Assembly: GCA_040768585.1 (NCBI GenBank)
Contig: JAXGMQ010000001.1
Span: forward strand, 1,159,299 to 1,223,298
Origin: Caldisericia bacterium
Lineage (GTDB): Bacteria; Caldisericota; Caldisericia; JAAYUI01
DNA length: 64,000 nt
Reading direction: 5' to 3'
In this document: positions 11,601 through 19,066 of the stretch, piece after piece
How positions within the stretch are numbered: position 1 is the stretch's first letter
Layout of the letters: each line of letters opens with the position of its first letter
Made by a program: the position numbers and the translations under genes
The notes under the pieces: model-generated
Databases searched by the model: none
What the model saw: the letters and a program-made list of their open reading frames with translations, nothing else
What the model was told of the DNA's origin: nothing

Positions 11601-14600
11601 TGACCACGCGCTTCAGAATTCAAGACTCAACTACACAACAGGTGTTAATCCGCTCTACCCAATGCCATCACCAGCCCCGAGGATTCAGAGGTCTTACGAT
11701 CCAATCATCAGAGACTATGGCAGACAGCTCAGAAGTTACCCTGGCGGACAGACACATACCGGTAGGCTCACAGGTGGAGCGATTGGTAATGGTAACCGCT
11801 GGAATGCATACCCAGCAATCTGGGAAAACATGTACGTCAAACTTGGAACCGAGTTCTATCCACTCACCGACTATGGTATGTACTTCTTCCTGCTTAATGG
11901 TGACGGAAACCACATCGGTTGGCCAGGAATGAGAGACTCAGCTCAGGAGCCAAACCTCGCAGTAAGATATATGAGAATCAAGGGTCCGTTTATGAGACCT
12001 AAGTATTATTATGAGCCGTCGTTGAACTGCGTACTTGGTGGTTCAGACAGCCCGTGGTATGAGTACAATAATGTCCTTGGTCTTCCAATCTCCTATGACT
12101 ACTCAGGACAGATTGATGTTGACCCATCGAACTTCGGTGCTTACTGTCCAGGTGGCGGAGCTGACCTTTCGCAGATTGGTAACCCATCCTCATCGACAGA
12201 CAGCTTTACGTATAAGAATGCCAACACTTGGCTTACAAAATGGAAAGATCTCTACTACGGTGGATTCTGGCAGGTATCAAGATCCAACTTCAATGCCCCG
12301 GTCGCTGACCCAGTAACTCCTTGCTATCCATACCTCTGGGTATTCGACGAGATTATTCCTGTAAGCTCTGGTGACATCACGATTGAGCTCGAGCTTATGA
12401 ATGGCGTCAAGAAGGTATATCAGGATTGCTGTGTGGCCGAGCTTGAGGGAACTAAAGACGGAATCCCAGTGCATGGTCTCAAGATAGAGGGTGCCCCGCA
12501 GTACGTTACGGTGGATGATGACAACGTGTTCGAACTCACAGTAACCGAAGACACCGGCAAGGGCATGCTCAACAACGACGAGTGGCTCAACATCGAGTGC
12601 AATGATGCTGTCCTCTTCGCATGGCAGGATAGAGGTGTTGTCGATCCAGGATCAAAATACTGGCTTGGACCACTAGATGGTCAGATAACGATGCCACCAA
12701 TCTCATCAGACTTCTCGAATGTTGAGTATGCGTACGAGTTGGTCGCTGATGTTAACGATGACAATAAAGTCTCGTACGAGGATTGGGAGACTGAGATTGT
12801 CGGAACATATGACATGGCAACCAACACATGGCTTGGTGGTATGATTGACGCCAGGACATTCCAGAGAGAGAACGGTCAGTACAAAATCGAACTCACAAAG
12901 GAATGGGGAGCCCAGATTGATGTTGTTGGTATTGATATTGGCGGCGTCGATGAAAATGGAAGACCGCTTCTTCGTAATCACGTCGACCACATTGTTGATG
13001 AGAACGAGCTTGTTCCACTCAACATCACCGCCTACAAGTATGGCGACGACAATAATGACAGAGCCTTTACACCTCTCTACGACCAGGTTCTCTCAACAGG
13101 CTACTCGCACGAGGTATATCTCGCTGGACAGGTTACGATTGGTGTAGAACCAAAACGTGACCTCAGTGTGACCTATGGGCCAGAGCCGTTGACTGCTGGT
13201 GTCATTCCAGAGAAGCTAGGCGATCCACTTACACTCTACGTGACCGATTACAATGGTGAGCCAGTTAATTTGACGATGGGTATGGCTGATGCTCATGGTG
13301 ACTATGAGGTAATCGGCGAAAACATCTGGAGAAATCTGTTCAAAGACCCGCACCCAGATAATGAGTACTACTATGGCAATGGTGTAGTCCTTCCGCAGTA
13401 CTATTGGATGAGAACAGACCTTCATAACGATCCAGACTCGATAACGAATATCTGCAATACAGGTATGTACAACTCGTTCTTCCTTCCAATCAAGTTTGGT
13501 ATGGATGCAGAAAAGGGTGTTTACAGCTTCAGCGGATTTATTGCAAACGATAAGGGCGATTTTGAGATCTACGTTTACACGCCAGATCGCAGGCACTCAG
13601 GTGTCGTGACAGTCAAGGTCGTTAACCCAACTGTCACATATGAAATCGTCAACAAGGATGAAATAAACACTATCTTTGATGTGCCATCCACAACGGATGA
13701 CCCAGACTTTGTCATGACAGCCGGTGACAACAGAGCATACATCGTTACGGCGACATGCCGTAATGCTCAGGATGCTCTGCTCAAGGGCGTTGCGAAAGGC
13801 GTCTCTGTCTGTTCTGGCCAGGGTGAGGACATCGCGAGATTCACACCGTCAATGACTGTTCTTAATAACTTCTGGTATCAGGGTTACTACTACAACACGA
13901 TCGGCGTTGACTTCAACAATGATGGCGCACTTACATCACCATCCATAGCGCAATCTGAGTTTGCAGAAGTGAAACCAATTGCAGATGCGATCTACTATAA
14001 CACGCACATGACCAGATACACCGATGGAAGCTATGCTCTTTGGCTCTACACGGGCGCTGATTCATGGTATCCAGGACCATTGAACTATATGTGGTTCCTA
14101 GACCGAAGGAATGAGTCTCAGTTCCTTTCACCACCGAGATCGTTCGGACTTGGTGCAATCTACAACGACTTGTATCATGGCACGTATATGTTTGCCGACC
14201 TAAACGGTGACAACTCAATTTCATTCAGAGACTCGCTGTCACTTGACGAACAGGGAAGAACAACCTTCTATGTCTACACAGACGATGCATGTTATCTGAC
14301 GGGTCTTGTTGGATACAACGACTATTGTAACGTTTCGATGTACGCAGACGTTGCTGGATATCCATCCTACTATACCGAGTACGACCCGAATTACTCGAGG
14401 TACAGATACCCAAGAAACTTCGCTGATGGAGTGTATGCTCTTGATTGGGAAGCATGGGCAGACACGGAGCTTGAGATTGGCACACCAAGGATTGAGATTA
14501 TTGAGCCGCTTTCTGGTGAGGAGTGGCGCAAGGATCTCCTTGATGAGAACTATTATGATCTCGTTTACGGTGTTAAGAATCACATGCTTGTCAGAGTTTA

Positions 14601-16050
14601 CCCAGCCGATATGAGAGACCTTCCAATAGCTGAAGAAACAGTTATCGGTTACTCAGTTGCTAGGAAAAGCGGTACCGGCGCTGCTCCAGCGTTTGAGACG
14701 ACGGTTATGGCAAGACTTGTCGAAAGTGAAGTCGATCCGAGCGCAAGAGAAGCGAATCTCTATGTTGATCCAACAGGTACTGGCTCATACCAGGCCGGTC
14801 TGTATATGAGAAACGAGAGAAAGAATACGTTCAACCCAATGATTCTCCCAACATTCTCACAGAATCTTGCTCTCACTGTGTTTGATGTGGTAAAAGGAAT
14901 GGAGATAATTCCTGAGGTCGCAGGCGCTCTTAAGGTTGGACAAGAAACGACCCTTTCAATCAAGGTCGTAGTTGCTGGTGGAGCAAATGAACCACTCGAA
15001 GGAATTAGTGTAACTCTCGATGATGCAAACGGCGTTGTTGATTCAGTAACAGCAAAAACAAATGCCAAGGGTGTTGCTGAGTTCACAGTTACTCCAAAGA
15101 AAGCCGGAAGAATTGTTGTCAAGGCGACCTCCGATGTTTATGGCAAGGCATACAGCGCTGTCGGTGTTGAGGTCGAGGTCGTGCCGCCAATGCTCGTTGT
15201 CAACCCAGTCAAGTCAGTTACCAAGGAATCGAAGATTGAGATCACAGGTAAGACATCGATTGGCGTGGAAGTCGAGATAAACACTGAGAAGGTCAAGGTT
15301 GCGGACGATGGTACCTTCAAGCATAGCGTCAACCTGCAGGAGGGCTTCAATTCGATAGATGTTGAAGCTGTCAATTCGGTAGGAATGGCAACTAGTGTTG
15401 TTGTTAACGTAGTCAGAGACTCGACTCCGCCATCGATAATTCTTGACCAGAAGGACGTAGTCTTTGGTCCAACTATTACACTTACGGGTAAGGTTGAGCC
15501 GTACTCAGTTGTAACGGTCAACGGAGTCCCAGCAGAGGTTGTGTACGACAATTGGAGAGTTGAGCTTACAGACGTTGACAACGGAGCACTTGAAGTTGAG
15601 ATCAAGGCCACAGACCCCGCCGGAAATGAAAGCGAGCCATTCAAAGCGACACTCACAGTTGTCACAAAGAAAGAAATGGTTCTTCATGAAGGTTCAACCT
15701 CTGTCACAATCAATGGTGATGATCAGCGTGGACTCACGAGAGCCCCGTACGTTGATGGACTTAGTTTCATGGTTCCGGTGCAGGCGTTCTCCACTTTCTT
15801 TGGTAATGCTGGAGATCCAGTTGTGAATGGTGACGTTGCAACAGTGACAATCAACGGCATTTCCTTTGAGTTCACAAATGGCACAAAGCTCTACACCCAG
15901 GATGACACTGATTTTACAATGCCAAAAGAAGCGAAGCTTGAATTTGGCGTGATGTTTGTTGATGCTATTTATCTTGCCTCCACGCTTGGTCTTGAGACGA
16001 GCTGGAATGCAGGTAACAATGAGTTGAGAATATACGAGATTACGGACTGA
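5653..16050 (+). CDS. Giant secreted protein (3465 aa), paralog 2 of the tandem family. Signal peptide; N-terminal domain with repeated Ca-binding-like loops; conserved Cys-motif core; Ig-like repeats; CuAO-N1-like C-terminus.
   Basis: A single uninterrupted 10.4-kb ORF. An AAAGGAGAGGT RBS sits 7 nt upstream of the ATG. The N-terminus is hydrophobic (MRRTIVMLIAAAMISGIFTQLL...A-EVV). It shares GQVWFDPDGRFHD, NNTQGPY, YPGGQTH, VYQDCC, ECNDAVLFAWQDRG, AYKYGDDNNDR and LPQYYWMRTDLHN with the other giants. Confidence 0.88.
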   Translation: MRRTIVMLIAAAMISGIFTQLLPMQSVGAEVVQDGNQHATIILSNWHMVGHDEYGDPLSGGKSFPWQHEGESVDSYWGSDDYGMPNAVSAITTAGVARAARRQNYGMTTTPMLWTTVYLTIVADDGGSRPIIDEKGDLEGLGRWYVIMDSAGQVWFDPDGRFHDSRYLAQADPFSPYYMYIEDEDGNAFGACLENPTAKVDPSEMNNTQGPYQFSPTTESGEENPFYVEPCYFWIRPNLTKIVNAEAENTCDAYSNHTLRGESRAWQLGIASRPDYLAQNVMSPFGNVSDGLVREGEWDIGVSLLPFMPNEQYTDNYQGNGTAGTFDSTDYIYRNVNYPAGGPPYAVEPGDVRLTSVTVGIAPNTNTFLAGSVVQPSDLDVGEPLNAIPTNIRYAISEVGEAAAELEHRNLGALNPAGWSTVSTMGTTVLSLTDVSNLTAGSAIQIGPNDAGQSDICNVVAIINTAPAYNQYYTYLSGHCPGGYELSAYAYYVNGSFNPGDYIVYGRGATSEIFRLDWVNWYGYYPNYMGYCYAYSSYTGFDLDRPLYFNHAYDNLYNLYYSQDTITKIDQGVVLDCATLYDYEAGTPITILGYQPGDFIYRQLDPNEANVAIGDIRLSNVDGHRIDGFQMGQGAYEFDALVMNEILFADPNDPRYQGMVRNSDWHKSDFDFNIQSTVEEESVEFPYGACMPTYDISVESDFWQGERVWRTNSQGQWESEWQGVIPSVTACALRSPNDDVDDAHHRIAKQTVLGPYGDSFFIHTATIHNVQPDYREYLGIEIFCDNGYDNLSNPNPAGVGAVALDLNDNYMRGTVCEPYVGATSRAPDLDLNRDLVALDGSTDNPKFVDTDNLAPVPDGPGNYGCNEPIYFDMDDDGFVSPGDKRGSSVQMNAGATMDGIVLFFEVNSIVQQGDSDVGRILSRFRDPLTNEPVYKYYDNPHAISRLPSGVWEYGENIYWDHPEPPDFPGGDGRTDPGDIRLTDVNIGGTSYFCGETVGIGDVFALEYPVYMISTGKNGDYNYMDFQVLPFPTMDVKVDIDKPLKVEQTSNITIEVNPPPAPGESIFVALRETTIEPRMPMPAVQFYSMENVTGDWLTYECDGQVLDAGLCPWTPGGGYYHVALPWPFEFFGQTYTSVGVSYDGYIDMSDQYNYLSSIWLNYCWSPPPYQYNYGRLPANLPDTGRPPRIHSLLTWWDSDEVCWGDAIWPATGETVFVVTWRGENGGYYYYRRGERLEAQVVLFSNGQILIQYKQTECPYYWMYSYYGYDHYITGITNGSGVYYEWDPGAPCAFGMEANVLFTPGEIPAKAGVPKVNIAEDAKWMTQDNPVASFEFTPYRGTCLEDGTRKPMEINLYRDAGGLSEPVPRNPPPNTYLTYQEPSFSTRPPIPNGRVIAIGNPFGYLEGDWILIGNSTNSERRRIEQIHVGTEGASTEVLYQTYRSTQALPSYHIPVRSVKDFTIGNPVIVGHSHTGNQETHIIEGLSRGDVSPGEPSFWSTGIRYPYPQAGTNVTLLVNNASGFQIGDYIGYGYTNGWWNANPINNGRDIAKIIDIDYGANSLTLDVIHTYWYYYNYYVCTIEAVEVRDPLKFVHYGDATSPYGEAEPVFTTKFAFTLNRGLNYDHYFGEPVIGMQYFDPFWADNKWGRFDLDMYPSRQFAAVLPPDDVSPDLDSGYDCYWRGRFNIAPEEIVIDPERDCLHVLDTRFPNVLLNLYDADNPNDVNDPANIPISCPGGVSGVDQTIIANVNATGAGVKYLMTAGQSSPPRYIVQVNDDGTYEWWRWYEPLAATQIFGALDPNDWLYRWLDMDVLNFVNPATRSPLPVHDNTYELRLTDNDCSKGGGVCDPCNNGTLWPCLGDITINDAYGRFMGTISDPYSNYPNPQPLPANFGRIENFGIPCVIDRWTLGSDGGQIMFPVKPLKGGTLNIRVYTYQAVFDYNSSNIHAPGPYFTEDTSYGIDYCGYYQMKVIEKDADVNFIEFRMVDHALQNSRLNYTTGVNPLYPMPSPAPRIQRSYDPIIRDYGRQLRSYPGGQTHTGRLTGGAIGNGNRWNAYPAIWENMYVKLGTEFYPLTDYGMYFFLLNGDGNHIGWPGMRDSAQEPNLAVRYMRIKGPFMRPKYYYEPSLNCVLGGSDSPWYEYNNVLGLPISYDYSGQIDVDPSNFGAYCPGGGADLSQIGNPSSSTDSFTYKNANTWLTKWKDLYYGGFWQVSRSNFNAPVADPVTPCYPYLWVFDEIIPVSSGDITIELELMNGVKKVYQDCCVAELEGTKDGIPVHGLKIEGAPQYVTVDDDNVFELTVTEDTGKGMLNNDEWLNIECNDAVLFAWQDRGVVDPGSKYWLGPLDGQITMPPISSDFSNVEYAYELVADVNDDNKVSYEDWETEIVGTYDMATNTWLGGMIDARTFQRENGQYKIELTKEWGAQIDVVGIDIGGVDENGRPLLRNHVDHIVDENELVPLNITAYKYGDDNNDRAFTPLYDQVLSTGYSHEVYLAGQVTIGVEPKRDLSVTYGPEPLTAGVIPEKLGDPLTLYVTDYNGEPVNLTMGMADAHGDYEVIGENIWRNLFKDPHPDNEYYYGNGVVLPQYYWMRTDLHNDPDSITNICNTGMYNSFFLPIKFGMDAEKGVYSFSGFIANDKGDFEIYVYTPDRRHSGVVTVKVVNPTVTYEIVNKDEINTIFDVPSTTDDPDFVMTAGDNRAYIVTATCRNAQDALLKGVAKGVSVCSGQGEDIARFTPSMTVLNNFWYQGYYYNTIGVDFNNDGALTSPSIAQSEFAEVKPIADAIYYNTHMTRYTDGSYALWLYTGADSWYPGPLNYMWFLDRRNESQFLSPPRSFGLGAIYNDLYHGTYMFADLNGDNSISFRDSLSLDEQGRTTFYVYTDDACYLTGLVGYNDYCNVSMYADVAGYPSYYTEYDPNYSRYRYPRNFADGVYALDWEAWADTELEIGTPRIEIIEPLSGEEWRKDLLDENYYDLVYGVKNHMLVRVYPADMRDLPIAEETVIGYSVARKSGTGAAPAFETTVMARLVESEVDPSAREANLYVDPTGTGSYQAGLYMRNERKNTFNPMILPTFSQNLALTVFDVVKGMEIIPEVAGALKVGQETTLSIKVVVAGGANEPLEGISVTLDDANGVVDSVTAKTNAKGVAEFTVTPKKAGRIVVKATSDVYGKAYSAVGVEVEVVPPMLVVNPVKSVTKESKIEITGKTSIGVEVEINTEKVKVADDGTFKHSVNLQEGFNSIDVEAVNSVGMATSVVVNVVRDSTPPSIILDQKDVVFGPTITLTGKVEPYSVVTVNGVPAEVVYDNWRVELTDVDNGALEVEIKATDPAGNESEPFKATLTVVTKKEMVLHEGSTSVTINGDDQRGLTRAPYVDGLSFMVPVQAFSTFFGNAGDPVVNGDVATVTINGISFEFTNGTKLYTQDDTDFTMPKEAKLEFGVMFVDAIYLASTLGLETSWNAGNNELRIYEITD

Positions 16051-16073
16051 TAAGGGATATAAGGATAAGATTT

Positions 16074-16112
16074 CTCTCCCGGATACCTCTTTGTGTTGGT
16101 GTCCGGGAGAGC
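16074..16112 (+). terminator. Hairpin with a 10-bp stem downstream of giant paralog 2, with no U-tract.
   Basis: CTCTCCCGGA (16075-16084) pairs with TCCGGGAGAG (16103-16112), about 21 nt after the stop. It is preceded by ATTTCTCTC, and the same ATTTCTCTC lead-in occurs at 27001. Confidence 0.4.
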
Positions 16113-16124
16113 GAGAGACACATG

Positions 16125-16167
16125 ATTAGATTGATTTCGAAGCGATTAATGAGGTTGATTGAAGAGA
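16125..16167 (+). promoter_or_regulatory. Conserved GATTGATT upstream element pair, before giant paralog 3.
   Basis: GATTAGATTGATTT at 16125-16138 and GAGGTTGATTGAAGAG at 16152-16167. This is the same motif family seen upstream of paralogs 2 and 4. Confidence 0.4.
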
Positions 16168-16222
16168 ACACTAAAGAGGCTAAGTTTGGCCTTAGTGGCT
16201 ATAGTGCAAAAGGAGAGGTCAG

Positions 16223-19066
16223 ATGAAGAAACTACTTAGCTTGCTCGTAGTGGCAGTAATGGCCCTTGGAATGTTTGCTACCCAAATAGCGCCATTCAAT
16301 ACTGTCCAGGCGCAGGACGAAGAGCTTCGCGATGTTACCATGATTGTTCCGGTATTTCATCGCGCTGGCTATGACCGTTATGGTCGTCCCCTTCGCAACG
16401 GCAGGTACACGGAGTATGATGGTGTAAACGTCAACACAAAAACCGGAAGATTCACGCTTGACCCCGGTTTGCCGGCTGGCACTGCACCGACATATGACGC
16501 AACTGACGGTGTTTTATTTCCGTGGCAATATCCTGGTGATGATATGTGGGGCAGAGCTGGATATCATATGCCAGACTGCGTCAAGGCCATTGATGAACCG
16601 GGCAACGGAAGAATAAATGTCGCTGTCACAGAGCTTTCCGATGATGACTGGAATGTTACACCATACCTCTACACAGAAGTTTTCCTTACAGTGTTAGCGG
16701 AGGGTGGCGAGAGTCAGCTCTTTGACAAGAGATACATTGTCATGGACAACATGGGTCAGGTTTGGATTGACCCAGACGGTAGATTCCACGATTGCCGATA
16801 CTGGGAACCAGCAAATCCGGCATCCACTTATTACAGGAGTGCAACTGTCCTTTCAGGAGACAACACTGCTCAGTGGAATGATTGCCGAACAAACCCGAAG
16901 ATGATTGTTGATCCAAGTGGCGACAATAACACCCAGGGACCATACATTTTCAACCCGCAGTACAATTCAGCCCGTGAAGATTACCCAGCCCCAGTGTACC
17001 ACGAGAATGTTCACTACTGGTGGTATGATGAGGACAAGGGAATCGACAGGGTTTGGAAACTCGGTATTGCAAACCAGACCGACTATCTGAGAGAGGGTGC
17101 CTTCTCACCAGACGGCGTTCACATATCATCAGGTATCGTCGGTGGTCCAGATGGTTCGACGCCAGGTGCATACTACCCAGGAAAGCCGGTTCTTTGGAAC
17201 ACAGTGATGTCAGACTCGGTGACACAGAGATGGTGTCCACACGATTCCAACATCATTGCCTATGACTGGGACTACAACCTCCCACTTGCCAACTTTACAA
17301 ATCAGGAATTCTGTATCGACGTCAATGGAAACAATCTGTACGACTTTGGCGAGCCGATATTCCTTGATGCGGACAGCAACGGTATGTTTGATGACCTCGA
17401 CCTGAGACTTATTGCATGGACGATTGTTTGGGGTGGAACGTCATTCAACTTCAGAAAAGGCACTCTCGTTGGTATCAACGATGAGGACTATCTCTGGTTC
17501 CTTGCAAATGGCTTTGGTGTCATCGACTTGAGCACACTTACTGACATTAAGCACACGTCAACCTCTGGCGCGTCGCTCTATGATCAGATATATCGAGATG
17601 TTGATGGCGACGACTTGGTTGGTCCAAATGATGTCAGAATCACCAATATCAATGGTCGTATTGATGGAATGGGAATCACCTGTGGTGGCTTCTTCATGGG
17701 CGATGCTCTTATCATGCTCGAAGTACTCAAGACATCCTGCTCATATAAGTACAATGTGCATGTGCAGTCAGACCTGTGGCAGGTTATGCAGGAGGATACA
17801 TACGAGCAGATCGAGATGTATCCATCAATGACAGCTGCTGCATTCCACTCTCCAAACGGCGATATCGTCTCGATGGCTCAGCTTGTAAATAAGGCGACAG
17901 CCCTCGATGATGATGGCAACACTTTCTACATGCCAACAACGACCTTCTACAATGTTGCACTTCTGTACAGAGAGTTTGTCGGTCTCCAGCTCTTCCTCGA
18001 CAATGGTATCGACAACAACCTTGCTGCTGGTGGTGAGTGCTATCAACTTTCCCTCGCCGACGACCACGTAAACTTTGAATCAGGTGAGCTCTACATCGGA
18101 TGTCAGGATGTTGAGACAGCCATGGATTATGATTTTGTTCTCACCGAGTTCTCTTCCGACTACCTCTACTTTGAAACCTCGTACGACATGACACCGGGCG
18201 CTTTCCCAACCCCAGTTCCAGATACCCTTAGATATGGTTGCGGTGAACCGATTTACAAAGACCTCAACAAGAAGCCACTCAATCCAGTCCTTCCGCTTCA
18301 GCCAGACCCAGAAGAGAATGACTACAACCCGGGCGTTGTAAACGTTGGCGACCAGAGAATGCTCGAAGTAACCGTTTACACCGAGGGTGTTCAGGGTTCA
18401 GCTGGAACAAAACATACATATCCAGCAGGTTCAATCGTTACAGATGGTGACCTCGACGCAGGCAGAATTCTTATCATGCTTGAGCCAGGTCTTGCGTACT
18501 ACGATGAGCCACAGGGCTGCAACGAACCAAACTCCATGTATGACATGGGTGAGTTGATTTATTTCGACCCAGCGCTTGCTGCCGGCACAAGAGCAACTCA
18601 TATGCTCTATGTTGACAATGGTGGTGGTATCGAGAGATTCGACCCAACAGAACCAAGTGACCTCGGTGGTATGAGATGGAATAGCTCAGTTCATGGTGGC
18701 GCAACTCAGGGTCAGTACAACGGCTATGGCGCATATGGTCAGAGCGGTTGGATGGGAGCGGAGCAGGCCTCGCAGTACTGGTTCTACCAGCAGTGCGGTG
18801 GTCTTGGTTCACCATACGACTACTCAAGCTACCCATATCTCTTCAATGTTGGCCCAACCTACTCCTATAACTACAGCAACTCCTATCCATGGGCAAACTA
18901 TATCTATAACAACACCTATCACACAAACTGCGGTGACCTTCTTGCGCTTCGCTGTCAGCAGTTCATGGGTGACTGGCGCTTAAGGCTCTATGAAGACAGT
19001 GACATGGAGTCGTATTACCAATATTCTTCCCAGTATATTCCAGGTAGCCCATACACATACATTTAG
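16223..19066 (+). CDS. Giant secreted protein paralog 3, N-terminal 947-aa segment. It is interrupted by a frameshift and continues in the ORF starting at 18990.
   Basis: An AAAGGAGAGGT RBS precedes the ATG. Signal peptide MKKLLSLLVVAVMALGMFATQIAPFNTVQAQDE. N-terminal domain motifs HRAGYDRYGRPL, GQVWIDPDGRFHDCRY and NNTQGPY match paralogs 2 and 4. The frame ends at 19066 while homology continues in another frame. Confidence 0.72.
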   Translation: MKKLLSLLVVAVMALGMFATQIAPFNTVQAQDEELRDVTMIVPVFHRAGYDRYGRPLRNGRYTEYDGVNVNTKTGRFTLDPGLPAGTAPTYDATDGVLFPWQYPGDDMWGRAGYHMPDCVKAIDEPGNGRINVAVTELSDDDWNVTPYLYTEVFLTVLAEGGESQLFDKRYIVMDNMGQVWIDPDGRFHDCRYWEPANPASTYYRSATVLSGDNTAQWNDCRTNPKMIVDPSGDNNTQGPYIFNPQYNSAREDYPAPVYHENVHYWWYDEDKGIDRVWKLGIANQTDYLREGAFSPDGVHISSGIVGGPDGSTPGAYYPGKPVLWNTVMSDSVTQRWCPHDSNIIAYDWDYNLPLANFTNQEFCIDVNGNNLYDFGEPIFLDADSNGMFDDLDLRLIAWTIVWGGTSFNFRKGTLVGINDEDYLWFLANGFGVIDLSTLTDIKHTSTSGASLYDQIYRDVDGDDLVGPNDVRITNINGRIDGMGITCGGFFMGDALIMLEVLKTSCSYKYNVHVQSDLWQVMQEDTYEQIEMYPSMTAAAFHSPNGDIVSMAQLVNKATALDDDGNTFYMPTTTFYNVALLYREFVGLQLFLDNGIDNNLAAGGECYQLSLADDHVNFESGELYIGCQDVETAMDYDFVLTEFSSDYLYFETSYDMTPGAFPTPVPDTLRYGCGEPIYKDLNKKPLNPVLPLQPDPEENDYNPGVVNVGDQRMLEVTVYTEGVQGSAGTKHTYPAGSIVTDGDLDAGRILIMLEPGLAYYDEPQGCNEPNSMYDMGELIYFDPALAAGTRATHMLYVDNGGGIERFDPTEPSDLGGMRWNSSVHGGATQGQYNGYGAYGQSGWMGAEQASQYWFYQQCGGLGSPYDYSSYPYLFNVGPTYSYNYSNSYPWANYIYNNTYHTNCGDLLALRCQQFMGDWRLRLYEDSDMESYYQYSSQYIPGSPYTYI

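Noticed and set aside
15138-15665. 175-aa minus-strand ORF inside giant paralog 2 (and similar ORFs at 14760..15122 and 13216..13596)
   Set aside because: Antisense shadow ORFs with low-complexity T/S-rich translations and no independent support.
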